Shown piece by piece: positions 28,247 to 40,285 of a stretch of DNA of 64,000 nucleotides. The stretch comes from Felis catus. Its lineage: Eukaryota. The notes beneath the pieces were generated by a model, which saw nothing but the letters and a program-made list of their open reading frames with translations, did not search any database and was not told where the DNA came from. Every line of letters begins with the position of its first letter. Positions within the stretch are counted from its first letter, which is position 1. The stretch covers positions 42,472,001-42,536,000 of the forward strand of contig NC_058368.1 in NCBI RefSeq assembly GCF_018350175.1. The letters run 5' to 3'. A program made the translations under genes and the position numbers.

Positions 28247-28275
28247 TCATACTGAGTTTATCAAAGTAAAGTCTG
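28247..28275 (-). pseudogene. Exon remnant ADFTLINSV* (SH2 C-terminal strand)
   Basis: Strong acceptor atttcctccatttcag; phase 1 matches the previous exon. Ends at TGA or at a possible donor TCA|gtatga. Confidence 0.6.
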
Positions 28276-28795
28276 CTGAAATGGAGGAAATATTTGTATC
28301 TTGAATCACATCACTGCATTTAAGGAATGCTATTAATTTAATGGAAGAATTAATACTAAGAAACTGAAGAAATAAGTTCCAAAAAAGTAATCACTGCGGT
28401 TTCTATCTTAGGATAGCTTTATCAAAACTTCTTTCAGAAAGACCTTGTAGTTGCTCCTTTCTTTCTCAGAGATACTTGGCACTGTCTTTTCTCACTCTCT
28501 TCCTTACTGTCTTCTAATATCAGGAAATACTTGGAGAATTTCCTTCTTTGCCTGCTTGCTTACAAAGTGATCTAAACGATTTATTCCCTCGCAACCTTTT
28601 TAGTTGAGCTTGAATATCCATATTTTAGGCTTATTGTGGCATATCTATAGAAAACGTCTCCTAAAGAAGTAACACAACAAAAAGTACAGAAAGAGAGCTA
28701 AGAGAGAAAACGCCACAAAAGTAATGTAATCACTCAAAAAATAGGTACATTTCTCTAGAGTGTAAAGTGCCTCGTGAACAGAATCTCTGATTTAC

Positions 28796-28963
28796 CCTTG
28801 AAGGGTGTCAGCAAGTGCTTAACTATGTCCATCAGACTGGAAAAGTACTGCCTAGCTGCAGAAGACAGAACCATTGATACCAAGTGTCTTGTCAGCTCCC
28901 CACAGCGATGCTATTCCTTACCCTGATCCCATGCCACTGCCAGCCACCAACGGATTATTTGTC
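28796..28963 (-). pseudogene. Exon remnant TNNPLV/LAVAWDQGKE*HRCGELTRHLVSMVLSSAARQYFSSLMDIVKHLLTPFK (SH2 betaC-alphaB)
   Basis: FSSLMDIVKH fits the SH2 FxSLxxLVxHY motif. NPLVLAV resembles SLP-76 NPYVLMV. Donor AGG|gtaaat; acceptor tgtgtttacaT (AG lost). Confidence 0.75.
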
Positions 28964-29229
28964 ATGTAAACACAATACCAAACACTAACTCCTACCTTTT
29001 CATCCATGCTTTCAGAAAACCCTTTAAATGCAATGTGGTTAGAAGCAAGAACATGTTACCCCAAAACTCTAATTATGATGTATACTACCATTTAATCATC
29101 ACTCACTGAATCAGCTCTGTATGGCTGGGAAAAAGAAGTAGAGCGAGTATATTTTATGTGTTAATAGAAAATATGCAGGTATTTCATATTTAAGCTTTTC
29201 TTCTAAAATCCAATGTAATAGCAATTTCT

Positions 29230-29472
29230 TTAAAAATAAGATAAAAACAGAGAAGGAGGCAAACCATAAGAGACTCATAAATACAGAGAACAAACTGAGA
29301 GTTGATCGGGGTGGGGGTGGGGAAAATGGGTGATGGGCATTAAGGAGGACACTGGTTGGGATGAGCACTGGGTGTTATATGTAAGTGATAAATCACTGGG
29401 TTCTACTCCTGAAGCCAAGACTACACTGTATGTTAACTAACTTGAGAATACATTTTTAAAAAAGAAAAAAAA
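29230..29472 (+). mobile_element. L1 3'UTR fragment (carnivore L1)
   Basis: Similar to the copy at 14880-15120; poly-A tail. Confidence 0.92.
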
Positions 29473-30302
29473 ATAGGATTTCTTTAAGAAATTAAAAAGT
29501 AGGTTGCCAATAAATTAGCATATAAATTTGCCTCACCCATTTAGCATCCTCTAAATACATGTGTTTATTCATACGTGCATTCATGCATATATGTGTGTGT
29601 ATACACACACACATACCTACTAAGTGTATCCACAAAATTGAAAATGTAGACCCATGTAAAACAATGTAACTCCAAAATATAGTAAGGAACTTTGTTTTCT
29701 ATATTGACGTATACATTGAAAATAATATTTTTATATGTATTACTCAATGAGCATTTTAACCCCAGAGAGAATCACCTATTGATTTTTAAGTCTAGGTTTA
29801 TGTTACACTATTTTCAGCTATGACACATATTTTCTTTCAGGGTAAACATCAGTGAGTGACAATGAAGGAAAAAAGAGTAATGAAAAGAATAAAAGCAAAC
29901 AATGGATAACCTAGGATGTTACAAGGAATACCAATGCTTGTTATGGGATGGAATAGGTGACACTTCAATGGAATACCAATGCTGCTAAATAATTAAAAAT
30001 TTCTAAATCTCAACAATTTCTCAGTCCCAAAACTGACTCTTTCTGAGAAAGTTTCTTTCTGTGGTAGCAATAATATTTATGTCCATTTTAATAAGGCTTC
30101 TCTATCATCAAAGGGCAGAGAGGTCCTTTTCAAAAGTCATCCTCCTACATTGAAAGATCAAACAACTGTAAGTCTTCCAGGGCTTTGATTTAAATGCATC
30201 AGATGTGAAGGACATGAGGGACTCTGCACAGTGCCATAGTGAAACTGCTAGAACTTCAAGTCCCATGATTCTTAGCTGTTGCAAATCAGAGCAATGATAG
30301 AC

Positions 30303-30405
30303 TTTGCACACAGGCAAAACAAAGACTCCTTCATGAGTTTCTTCAGATTTTGTAATCTTGAGATCTTTCTGAGCCTCAGTGATGTCATCTGTAGTCAAAG
30401 GACAC
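30303..30405 (-). pseudogene. Exon remnant ..LTTDDITEAQKDLKITKSEETHEGVFVLPVCK (SH2 alphaA-betaB)
   Basis: Acceptor gttgagttgcag. Aligns by eye with the SH3BP2 SH2 segment [28 protein letters not shown]. Donor uncertain. Confidence 0.65.
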
Positions 30406-31144
30406 CTGCAACTCAACATATTCTGAACATGGAATGATACACAAATACGAATCACTGGCATTTAAAATATTAGTGTTGCCAACAGTGTGCCCTAAAATAT
30501 AAAACAATAAAAGTCAAACGATCCAAAAAAAGGAAACACTATTAAAAAAACAAAACAAAAACTACTTCATGTCCAAATTATCATCTTTATTTGCCTTCAT
30601 ACCTTTCACAGTAAATGAAAAACACATTCAAGCTTTTCTTTACTATCCAGAGGGGAGAAGTACAAAGAAAGAATGATTAGACTTGAACTACAGGATATAA
30701 AGCATATTATAAACCCACTGTATTATTGGAAGGATAATTGCCAGATGAAAGTGAAAAACAAAAATAAGAGAAACAGATTAGTGTATACATGAATTTAGTT
30801 CATAATTAAATTGACATGAAAACCATTGGTTTATTAAATACATAGTACCTGGGCGATTGATAAATTTGTTTAAGAGACAATGTTATATTTCTACCTCTCA
30901 TCCCATACCAAAACAAGGTCCCTATAGAGTAGGGGAATAACAGTTTAATACTTACTAATATATATGTAAAAATATAGGTAAGGATTTGCCTAAAATATTT
31001 TCTAAGCATTATAGCAAAGGAAACAACCATAAATGAAAAAAAAAAAAAAAAGCTTCACTATGCAAATACTTTTAAATGTTTCTAAAATGTAGCAAAATTT
31101 AAGTAAAAACCTGGGGGAAATGTCATGATATGTGACAAAGTGGT

Positions 31145-31194
31145 AACATTTATTGGGATCTTTAAAATAAAACATTTATTGGGATCTTTAAAAT
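31145..31194. repeat. 24-bp direct duplication aacatttattgggatctttaaaat x2
   Basis: Read directly. Confidence 0.9.
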
Positions 31195-32824
31195 CAATAA
31201 AAACACAGTCCTAATACTGGGAAAATAATGAAACCCATGAAAAAATATTCATAAATTTAAAACATTAAATACCAACACATACATGAAGAGGGGAGGGGAA
31301 ACAAACACAGCACGCTTGCCTTTTGGAAGGTGAATCACTGTGACTTCTTGGTGGACAAAGGTGTTGATAAAAATTGAAAAGGTTTTAAAATTCTTTTACC
31401 TTGTAATTCAGTAATTCCACTTTCACGTATTTGCAAGTATATTAGAGATGCCCACAAACATGTAAACTGTATATTGTAAAATATTAGGAAAAGGAGACGA
31501 CTTAAGAGAAGCATTACAAACCTCTAAATTCAATATAATTTCAAGCTTGCTAACAGTACTAGCAATTAATATTGACTTTCTTCAAGCAGCAGAACAAGTG
31601 TTTTTTTTTTTCCTTTTCTGTAATTTCCTAACCTTCTACAATAAACTTGTATTACTTATACAGTCAAGGAAAGTATTTTAAATTATGTTGAAACAGAAGT
31701 GATGCATGATGGACAAGAAACAGGATAATTCAGCTTGCACTCACAGAAGATAATTTAGCTTGCACTCATAGAAAACGCAGGAGACTGGTGGATTGCATAG
31801 GGACTTGAATGCCTGACTAAGGAATTTCTGTCATTGAGTAGGCAGTGGGGAGCCATTGATGTCCTTTGAGCAGGGAATTCACACAGTCAATTTGATGGTT
31901 ATGTGCAGGGCTAAGTGAAATACTTTGAATCTAGTTGCAAAGAGGCCAATTGAGATCAAATTACAGTCGTGACGGTATGGTTAGAGTTTAGTGATCTTAA
32001 GACTATTGCATGAGACATTACAAGATAATCAAATACACTTGACTGATACATAGTTTTTATATGAGATATTCAAAGTTAGACCTTGCTGTCAACCGTCATG
32101 AAATGCAGGAACGTTTTAAGCTTAGTGTTTCCCTCTAGATAGATTATCCCTTGAAAAGAATGGTGTGAAGTTCATATGATTCATGTAAAGAAGCAACCGG
32201 CAGCCCCTCATCTAAAATCTGGGTCCTAGAGTTTAAATATATCATGTTGAGTTTAGGTTAGGTTTTACTGTGAGGATTACGGAAATGCATATCTTTATTA
32301 CTTCTAAGGAGTCTGTTTATGCATTGAACTGCTGGAAACTCAAATATTTCAGGATTCTCTGGCAAAAATAATAAACTCACAGGGAAAATTTAAAGGGTAC
32401 TTAGATATTTAGAACATTGTCAGATTAGTTATGTCAACTATAGGGGCTGTTTGACATTCCCCCCACCTCCCTTTGGGGTCATGATGCTTCCCAGTTACAA
32501 TATAGATTTTTAACTGATTGCAAATTTGCTCAGCAAGACACTTTACAAATGATCCCTTTGGATTACTAAACGTATAAATCATATCTGCTTATACAGTGAA
32601 ATGGTTTTAACCTTTAGGATCTCTCCTTTCTATAAGAAAAATTTTAGACTGGATTTATCACATAATTTTTAATCTCACTTTTTAAATCAGTTCAACTTCA
32701 CTGAAGTGAAAACCATTGCCTCTTCCCTAGAATGTTCTTTTGAAACTTTTGCTTCACAAAATTACCTCACTCTTGAACTCAAGTCCTGTCCCATCACTCA
32801 CTGCTACATCTACAGTCACAGATC

Positions 32825-33048
32825 TTTTTTTTTTAATTTTTTTTAATGTTTATTTATTTTTGAGACAGAGAGAGACAGAGCATGAATGGGGGGAGGGCCA
32901 GAGAGAGAGGGAGACACAGAATCTGAAACAGGCTCCAGGCTCTGAGCTCTCAGCACAGAGCCCGACGCGGGGCTCGAACCCACGGACCGTGAGATCATGA
33001 CCTGAGCCGAAGTCGGCCGCTTAACCTACTGAGCCACCCAGGCGCCCC
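32825..33048 (-). mobile_element. Young felid CanSINE
   Basis: CpG-rich; TSD tacagtcac. Confidence 0.97.
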
Positions 33049-33634
33049 TACAGTCACTTATCTTGCCACTCACACTCTATTAAAATTGAAACCTCCTGGC
33101 CTTTGAGTTGCTGTTCCATTCACTCAGTATTTTATGTCTCTTTTCTATAGTTAGATCACCAACTGATTTGGAAAGAAGATCATGGGAAATTGCATACACT
33201 TTTTTGGCAAAAGACTGAAAATATGGAGGACTGTACTATTTTTTATTACAAGAAAAAAAGTTAGATAAAAGGCAAGTCTTCCTTCACCTGTCAATAATTT
33301 TGTAAATTAAAATACTATTGGGTAAAGAACACTAAACTTTTAAAACAAAAACACAAGAAACAGGGCACTTTATTTTAGACCATAAAACACTATATTCTTT
33401 GGCTACAGGTTTTGAGAATTGCATTCTAGATTACTGGAAAAGAATGGGTCATTGACAGGAAAGTCCTAAAATAAATAATTCTAGCTGCAAATTCTCTGTG
33501 TACCCAGAGATGAAGTGAGCACACGAATTAACTATAATAAAACTTAGGTATTTGTGAAATACATGGGTACTTTTTAATTAAAAATTGAAAGACATTATGA
33601 TTTTTATGATGTGCATTCAGAAATGATCTAACTT

Positions 33635-33840
33635 GGGGCACCTGGGTGGCTCAGTTGGCTAAGTATCCATCTGATTCTTGGTTTGGGCTCAGGTCATGAT
33701 CTCAGGGTTCATGAGTTTGAACCCTGCATGGGGCTCTGCACTAACAGTGTGGAGCCTGCTTGGAATTCTTTCTCTCTCCTTCTTTGCCCCTCCCCCACTC
33801 TCACACACGCTCTATCTCAAAATTAAAAAAAAAGAAAAAA
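33635..33840 (+). mobile_element. CanSINE
   Basis: TSD gatctaa. Confidence 0.95.
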
Positions 33841-34134
33841 AGATCTAATTTTACAGAGTAAGAGCAGCCTCCTTAGAAAATGCGTGACAAGAGCAATGAT
33901 ACAGCATCTTTTAAAACTAAGGGACAAATCCATTTTTTCGTCTTTTGTTTCCTTTCTTTTTTTTAATGAGCAGTTATTGATTTTATTTTATGCCATTAAA
34001 TTCATCCATAAGTGAGTAATATTTATAAAATTCTAAAGCTTGTATTTTGACATTTGCTTAAATGTAAAATATACTAATAGCCCCAAGATAAGCATAGTTA
34101 TTACATCAAATACATAACATGTAATTCTATCCAA

Positions 34135-34199
<65 letters not shown>

Positions 34200-34250
34200 G
34201 CATATATACATATCTTTATATATATGTATATGTATATATACATATCTTTT

Positions 34251-34289
<39 letters not shown>

Positions 34290-34290
34290 A
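34135..34290. repeat. Compound (CT)n(TA)n..(TG)n microsatellite
   Basis: Read directly. Confidence 0.95.
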
Positions 34291-35374
34291 TATACACAAT
34301 CTCAATATATATAGTAGTTTATGGTATAAGGAAAGAAATTTTGGTGGACTTCTGAGTCAGCTAGAACTTTCATCGATACTCACTTGACCACTAAGATAAT
34401 GATGTCATTGACCAAATCACCCAATTTTTCAAATCTCTTTCTTCATGAGTAAATTGAAGATAATGCTATTAAAATTAAGGAATATTAAGTCTATAAGGAG
34501 CCTCACATGTGGAAGACAGTCAATAAAATACCCTTGTTTGTGTCAAAGTCACTATGAGGATTAAATTGGACAATTTGTTAAAACTTTTGGGGCCCTGCTT
34601 TATATGCAATTGCTTTGTATCCATTTACTCATTCATCCAACACATATATGTTAAGTACTTACTGTGTGCTAGATATTTGAAGTGCTTTACTTTAAAAGAG
34701 TGTTTTATGTAAAATATAAATGTAAGATCATCAAGGTTATCTTAAACATTAACTATATTCCTGGACTTGCTCTGTATTTAACATAACAAAGGTTTATATC
34801 ATTTTTAAGTGAAAAGCAGCAGGTTCATCATCAGTTGTGATTATTTCATATTTTATGATTAAAGTTAACTTGGCCATATTATAATTCTAATTTTAATATG
34901 GTAAATTAAGGGTAATGCAGTTCTGATTCAGGATATTATCTTTCAAAATAATTAAATTACTTACTAGTAAGCTGATAGCATAATTATACGAAACTGAAGA
35001 TTATTCATAATAAGCAATGTATAATGTTTTAAATTGTGACAGTGAGAATGAGGCAGATGTGCCAGAAAGGACACCCATGACAAAGCAATAAATAAGTTGT
35101 TTTGTCAATTTCAGCATAGAAAAAATCCCTCTTCAGGACAACAAAAAATTCCTATTTCAGAGGAAGAGCTCATCCCTATTTGTACCATTTCTACCATATA
35201 GCATATAGCCTGATATAACATTTATTACAGGAATAGATAATATATAAGGATACAGCAGGGACTGATTAACCTCACAAATATAAACATGAAAATCACTATT
35301 TCTTTGTCAAATAAATACACAACTTTAATTAAACTGGGCATTATATTAAATAGCTAGGTAGAAACAAGGTGAAC

Positions 35375-35573
35375 CTTTTTTGTTTGTTTCTTTAGAGAGA
35401 GAGAGAGTGCAAGCTGGGAGGGAAGGCAGAGGGGCTGAAGGAGAGAGAACCTTAAGCAGGCTCTGCGCTCAGCATGAAGCCCAACACAGGGCTTGATCCC
35501 ATGACCCTGGGATCATGACTTGAGCCAAAATCAAGAGTTGGACACTCAACCAACTGAGCCATCCAGGCGCCCC
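35375..35573 (-). mobile_element. CanSINE
   Basis: Reverse SINE ending gagccatccaggcgcccc. Confidence 0.94.
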
Positions 35574-36201
35574 AAAGTGAATATTTTAATAGATTTGAAT
35601 AAATATCAATTTTACACCAGTGAATGCATATTTGAGGAAATATGCAACATTTTCTATTTTAATAATTCATAAAGAATAACACTGCAGTATGGACACACAA
35701 AACTATTAATCAGGCCACCAAAATTTTTAGCATAAACTTAGCAGTTTGGTTCAATATCATTGCCATGTCATATTTAGTCAATTTTAGTCAAAATCATGTG
35801 ACCTATTGGAATTGAGGTAAGTGGCCCCAGTTCTATGTCTAGAAAACATCTATGCAGATTCAAAAATATACACATTTTGTAAAATTTTCTTACAATAATA
35901 CCTAACCCACTACAAATTCACACATGTGAAATTTTAAAGAGATAATGGAGATTAATCATGTCTCAAAAGAAAAAATAAAAGGTGATCTCTGATGTACTGA
36001 AAGAGGGTGTTCTGATTTTGCCACTTTTTCTCTTTTCTCTACACTTCCTCATCTTCTCCCTAGATTCATAACTAACATTTTACTGGCTATGATCTTGATT
36101 TATTTTGAAGTTCTATTTTGCCAATGGGACTTAGGTAATTGTGTGTTATGAAAATGATCAAATTCATTTTCCTAAGTAAGCCAATAATGTAGCCTACTCA
36201 C

Positions 36202-36272
36202 GTCGTTTGGCGTATTTCATTTTTCAAATGCATCTGTCTTTAATTGGTATGCTTATAGTCTGGACATCTTCC
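36202..36272 (-). pseudogene. Exon remnant EDVQTISIPIKDRCI*KMKYAKR (PH2-SH2 linker)
   Basis: Acceptor gcttatgaatag, donor AC|gtgagt; 71 nt, phase 2 to 1. Confidence 0.6.
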
Positions 36273-37251
36273 CTATTCATAAGCACACATAAACCTTCAT
36301 TACTGATTTTTTAAAAGGTTTCTTTAAAATTTGTGCCTGATACTTTCTAACCCACAATCAATATTTATACCACCCATTTGAATAAAAGTCTCTAGAAAAT
36401 CCTGATATTTGGTATCATAATGACATAAGAACTGTTTCAAATCTCATCCTCCAGTAAGGATAAATTGATTTTCATACTATCTAGAAATAGTGAAATATTT
36501 TATTTTAGATCAAAATGGTTCTTTGAGATCATGAAAAAAAGCTGTTTCAAATTTCTCTATTTAGTTTTAGGACAGGCTATTTTGCATCTTGAAGCTTTGA
36601 TTTCTTATTTATAAAATGAAAAATCAAAGCTTTTGTGATGAATCCCCAGTGTAATGACAACATGCTTTTTGAAATGCATCATATAACATAATTACATTTA
36701 ACCATAACAAGTGACCCTTACTATGTACATAACACTTACTTTGCGTACTACATTTTCATAATATTTTAAAGAAGTAGATGAGTCCTTGATCTCAAAGGCT
36801 TGACAATTTAGTGGAGGAGGCTTTATACACACACGAAAGAATTTAATAATAAATAGACTGACAAAGCGACATCTAAGCAAAGTGCACATTTTAAGAGCCC
36901 TTGCACTCTAGGTTTAAGCTCCTCATATGGAAAACTACTATGCAAAAATGGACATTTACAGAAAATTAAAGTATAGAAAGGATTATTTTAAAGTCACACA
37001 GCCTGTTGTTGTTTGGACAATAAGCCAGGTGGCCCCAGAAATGCAAACTGGTAGTAATGCATTTGGACCGGTTTCACCGAGATCAATAATTTCCTAAAAT
37101 ACCAAATGAGCATGTCACCACCATCTCTTCATCCTTTTAGAGGAGTAAAAACTCCCGACCAAGGAAGAATTATGCCATTTATATACGAATTAAAAGTTAA
37201 ATACAAATATCTATTTATTTAGTTTATGAGGCCTTTGAAAAAGCAATTCTA

Positions 37252-37430
37252 GTGGTGCCTGGGTGGCTCAGTTGGTTGAGCATCTGACTTCAGCTCAGGT
37301 CATGGTCTTATGGTTCGTGAGTTTGAGCCCCACATCAGACTCTGTGCTATCAGCAGTGAGCCCCCTTCAGATCTTCTGTCCACTGCTATCTCCCCCCACC
37401 CCTCTCTCATTCAAAAACAAACAAACAAAA
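37252..37430 (+). mobile_element. CanSINE
   Basis: TSD gcaattcta. Confidence 0.93.
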
Positions 37431-37904
37431 AGGCAATTCTAAAAGAAAGAGACATTATAGACAAGATACAACCACTTGAGAGATCTTCATGGCTTTTATT
37501 ATGTGGCTTTTAATGATTACAATTATTGAAGACCTTCTATGCACCAAAAATTATACACATAATATTTGTAACCTCACATAATTCTGCAAGGTTGGTGCGA
37601 TCCTCCTTATCCTGAAAGGAAACAGAAGTTCACTGACCCTGAATAACATACATACTCAGCAAATGGCTGAGCCTTGACTGATATATATATATCTCTGTTT
37701 ACCTCTCTGACTCTAGGCCTGTGCTTGTTTTTATATTATTCCCCAGTAAAGCACTCCCACCCAATCCATTTTTACCTATTACCCTGCTTTATATTCTTTC
37801 TTCCATGAAGTCAATACTTTCTGTGTTCCTAGCATTTAGAACATAGTGATTATTCAGTGCATATTAATTGACATTGTCTAAATAAATAAACAGTTTGAAC
37901 TTAC

Positions 37905-37991
37905 TGAATCTCATCCCCCTTTCATTATCTGGTTTGCCATTCTTTCAGGTGGCTTTCAGGTGGCTTCCTGTAGCAACATTTATTTGTTTAA
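37905..37991 (-). pseudogene. Exon remnant VKQINVATGSHLKEWQTR**KGDEIQ (PH2 beta7 and C-terminal helix)
   Basis: Donor CA|gtaagt; acceptor ctcactttGG (AG to GG). Removing an 11-bp tandem duplication restores the frame with the conserved Trp and phase 1 to 2. Confidence 0.7.
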
Positions 37992-38238
37992 CCAAAGTGA
38001 GTCAAAATTCCAATTCTGTCTCTAAAATCATATTTTCAAGTTCCTTTTCATAAAGTAAGCATAACAGGTAAATAAATAAACCTGGGATAGCAAGAGAAAT
38101 AATGAATCTAGTAACATGTGGGATTTAGATATAGTTATTATCATTCCGAGATATTAGTATACCATATTTCCATATTATCCCTTTAGGCAAATGGTCCCAT
38201 AAGCTAGAGCTTTACATAAAATAAACAAACATACTCAT

Positions 38239-38301
38239 CTTCAGGAGAGGTGAGCACCAGGCCAAAAGACCAAGTCTTAGATTATGCTATGTACGCATGG
38301 C
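38239..38301 (-). pseudogene. Exon remnant GHAYIA*SKTWSFGLVLTSPE (PH2 beta5-beta6)
   Basis: Acceptor atcccttgcaatag; donor AAG|ATgagt (GT to AT); 63 nt, phase 1 to 1. Confidence 0.7.
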
Positions 38302-38614
38302 CTATTGCAAGGGATAAGTAATAAATACCAGCCAAGGAGTGAAATATTGTGAAAATGGCAAATTCCTGTCAATGCTACCAAATAGTTTTCTTTTTTCCTC
38401 TTAAGGAAGATGGGAGAAATTTGAAATTCACTGTCACCTTACTGATTAATTATCCATTGGAACTTTTTTTTTGCCGTTCATTCTTCTAAAGGTATATTTT
38501 CTTATTTATTTAAAAGGAGATGGGTTCAGTCACTGGAAATTAGTACGTCAAATCTTATTTTGAGTGGCATTGAAAAGATTGATGGAACAGAATATAATAG
38601 CTATAAAATAACTA

Positions 38615-38750
38615 TTAATATATTATATATATAAACATATATAAGCATATATAATATATATTATATATAAACATATGTTTTTATATATTCTATATAAACA
38701 TATGTTTTTATATATTCTATATAAACATATATAATTTATGTAAATATAAT
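38615..38750. repeat. AT-rich low-complexity tract with a 27-bp tandem unit (tatataaacatatgtttttatatattc)
   Basis: Read directly. Confidence 0.85.
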
Positions 38751-39230
38751 AGCTGCCAAAATGTCGATTATATGTAACTTTCACCTCTTTATGCTAATTA
38801 AGCCTCTCATTCTGCTATTGTCATTCATTTATAAATAAGTTATTAATTTTATGTAACTAATTGTGTTACTGTCTTAACCTAGAGCTAAATTTCAGGAAAT
38901 TCAACCATATTTAGTCTAATTCAATCATTAGATATGCTGGTATTCCTCTTGCCATATTAGCAAGCACATTAGTTTCATACATATTTTTAACAGTGCCATT
39001 TGACTTCAGGATAAGGCCAGTTAGGTTATTTCTGAGTTATTTTCTGCATTTAAGTCATAACCAACTTGGAAGAGCATCTGGCCCCAACGTCCATATGCAC
39101 CCCTGCTCAGGGCTCCTTCCAAGACTGGGTATACAATTATTATTAATGTCATTTCCTTTGTCCCTAATATTAGACTTTCTTTCAACACACTGTGCTAGGC
39201 AGGGTGTTTTGTCAAATTATATGTATTTAC

Positions 39231-39355
39231 CTTCAAAATAGCTTCATGATACAATCATCATGGTTATCACTCAATAGGTGAGGTAACACATCTCTCCAAG
39301 GACCCATAGGCAACATGTGGAAGGTCCACATTTAGACTCACAGTGTTACTGCATT
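39231..39355 (-). pseudogene. Exon remnant MQ*HCESKCGPSTCCLWVLGEMCYLTY..SDNHDDCIMKLF (PH2 beta1-beta4)
   Basis: Acceptor gtgttctgtctcag, donor AAG|gtaaat; 125 nt, phase 2 to 1, fits both neighbours; contains stops and probably compensating indels. Confidence 0.7.
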
Positions 39356-39578
39356 CTGAGACAGAACACATCCACAGAAGACACATTCTGCTTTAACTCT
39401 CCATGCATACTGCTTCCTTGCCCTCAGCAACACAACTCTTCCAGAAAAGGGATTCTCATTTGCCCTGATCTGTCGTTCCTAATAGAGTATATATATACTA
39501 AGCAAGTATTTATCAAACAATTAAAAGAATAAATGAAGCTACAAATTTTCCAGTTTTTTAAAAAGCTAGTAACATTTT

Positions 39579-39790
39579 GGGGGCACCTGGGTGGCTCAGT
39601 CGGTTAAGCATGCAACTCTTGGTTTTGGCTCAAGTCACAATCCCACAGTTTGTGAGTTCGAGCCCCATATGGGCTCCATGCTCAGCAGTGTGGAGCCTGC
39701 TTGGGATTCTCTCTTTCTCCGCATCTTTCTCTGTCCCTCCCTCGCTAGCACGCACTTCTCTCTCTAAAAATAAATAAAACTTAACAAAAA
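39579..39790 (+). mobile_element. CanSINE
   Basis: TSD agtaacatttt. Confidence 0.95.
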
Positions 39791-40245
39791 TGAGTAACAT
39801 TTTCATGTCATTTGACTAAAATGCAAAAATGTGTAAGGCCTCCACAAGATAATGTTGTGTATCTGTTTGGGCCTCCTTTGCCTTGTGATGTTAGCCAAAT
39901 TTCACTACAAATTAAATTTCACTATTTAATTTTCCAGTTAGAATCATATTACTGACCTCAGCATGATCTTACTTCCTACTCTTAGACCCTATTCCTTATT
40001 AATACTTTGCCTTCAGGCTAAAACTTTATTAGAATTAATTTTGAATCCACAATGTAATACTTAGTAAAAGTACAGCACCCAGATGTAATGAAGTAGATCA
40101 AATCAACCTTTCATCTTAATTAGATAAATACAACTCTATCCAAACAAAAACCACACAAAATATCTGTGACTATATTTCTTCTGCCTTTGTCCCTAGAAAA
40201 AGGCAAAGGAAAATATTCTTTACATTGCTAACACAGGTGACTTAC

Positions 40246-40285
40246 AGTGTTCCATGTCTTATAACTTCAACATCAACACTGTCAT
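40246..40285 (-). pseudogene. Exon remnant (D)DSVDVEVIRHGTL (PH2 beta1)
   Basis: Acceptor attcctcatag, donor CT|gtaagt; open frame, phase 1 to 2. VIRHGTL fits the PH 'vikeGyL' motif. Confidence 0.75.

Noticed and set aside
30108..30461. 117-aa ORF as a standalone gene
   Set aside because: Only ~30303-30405 looks coding (SH2 exon); the rest is intronic read-through.
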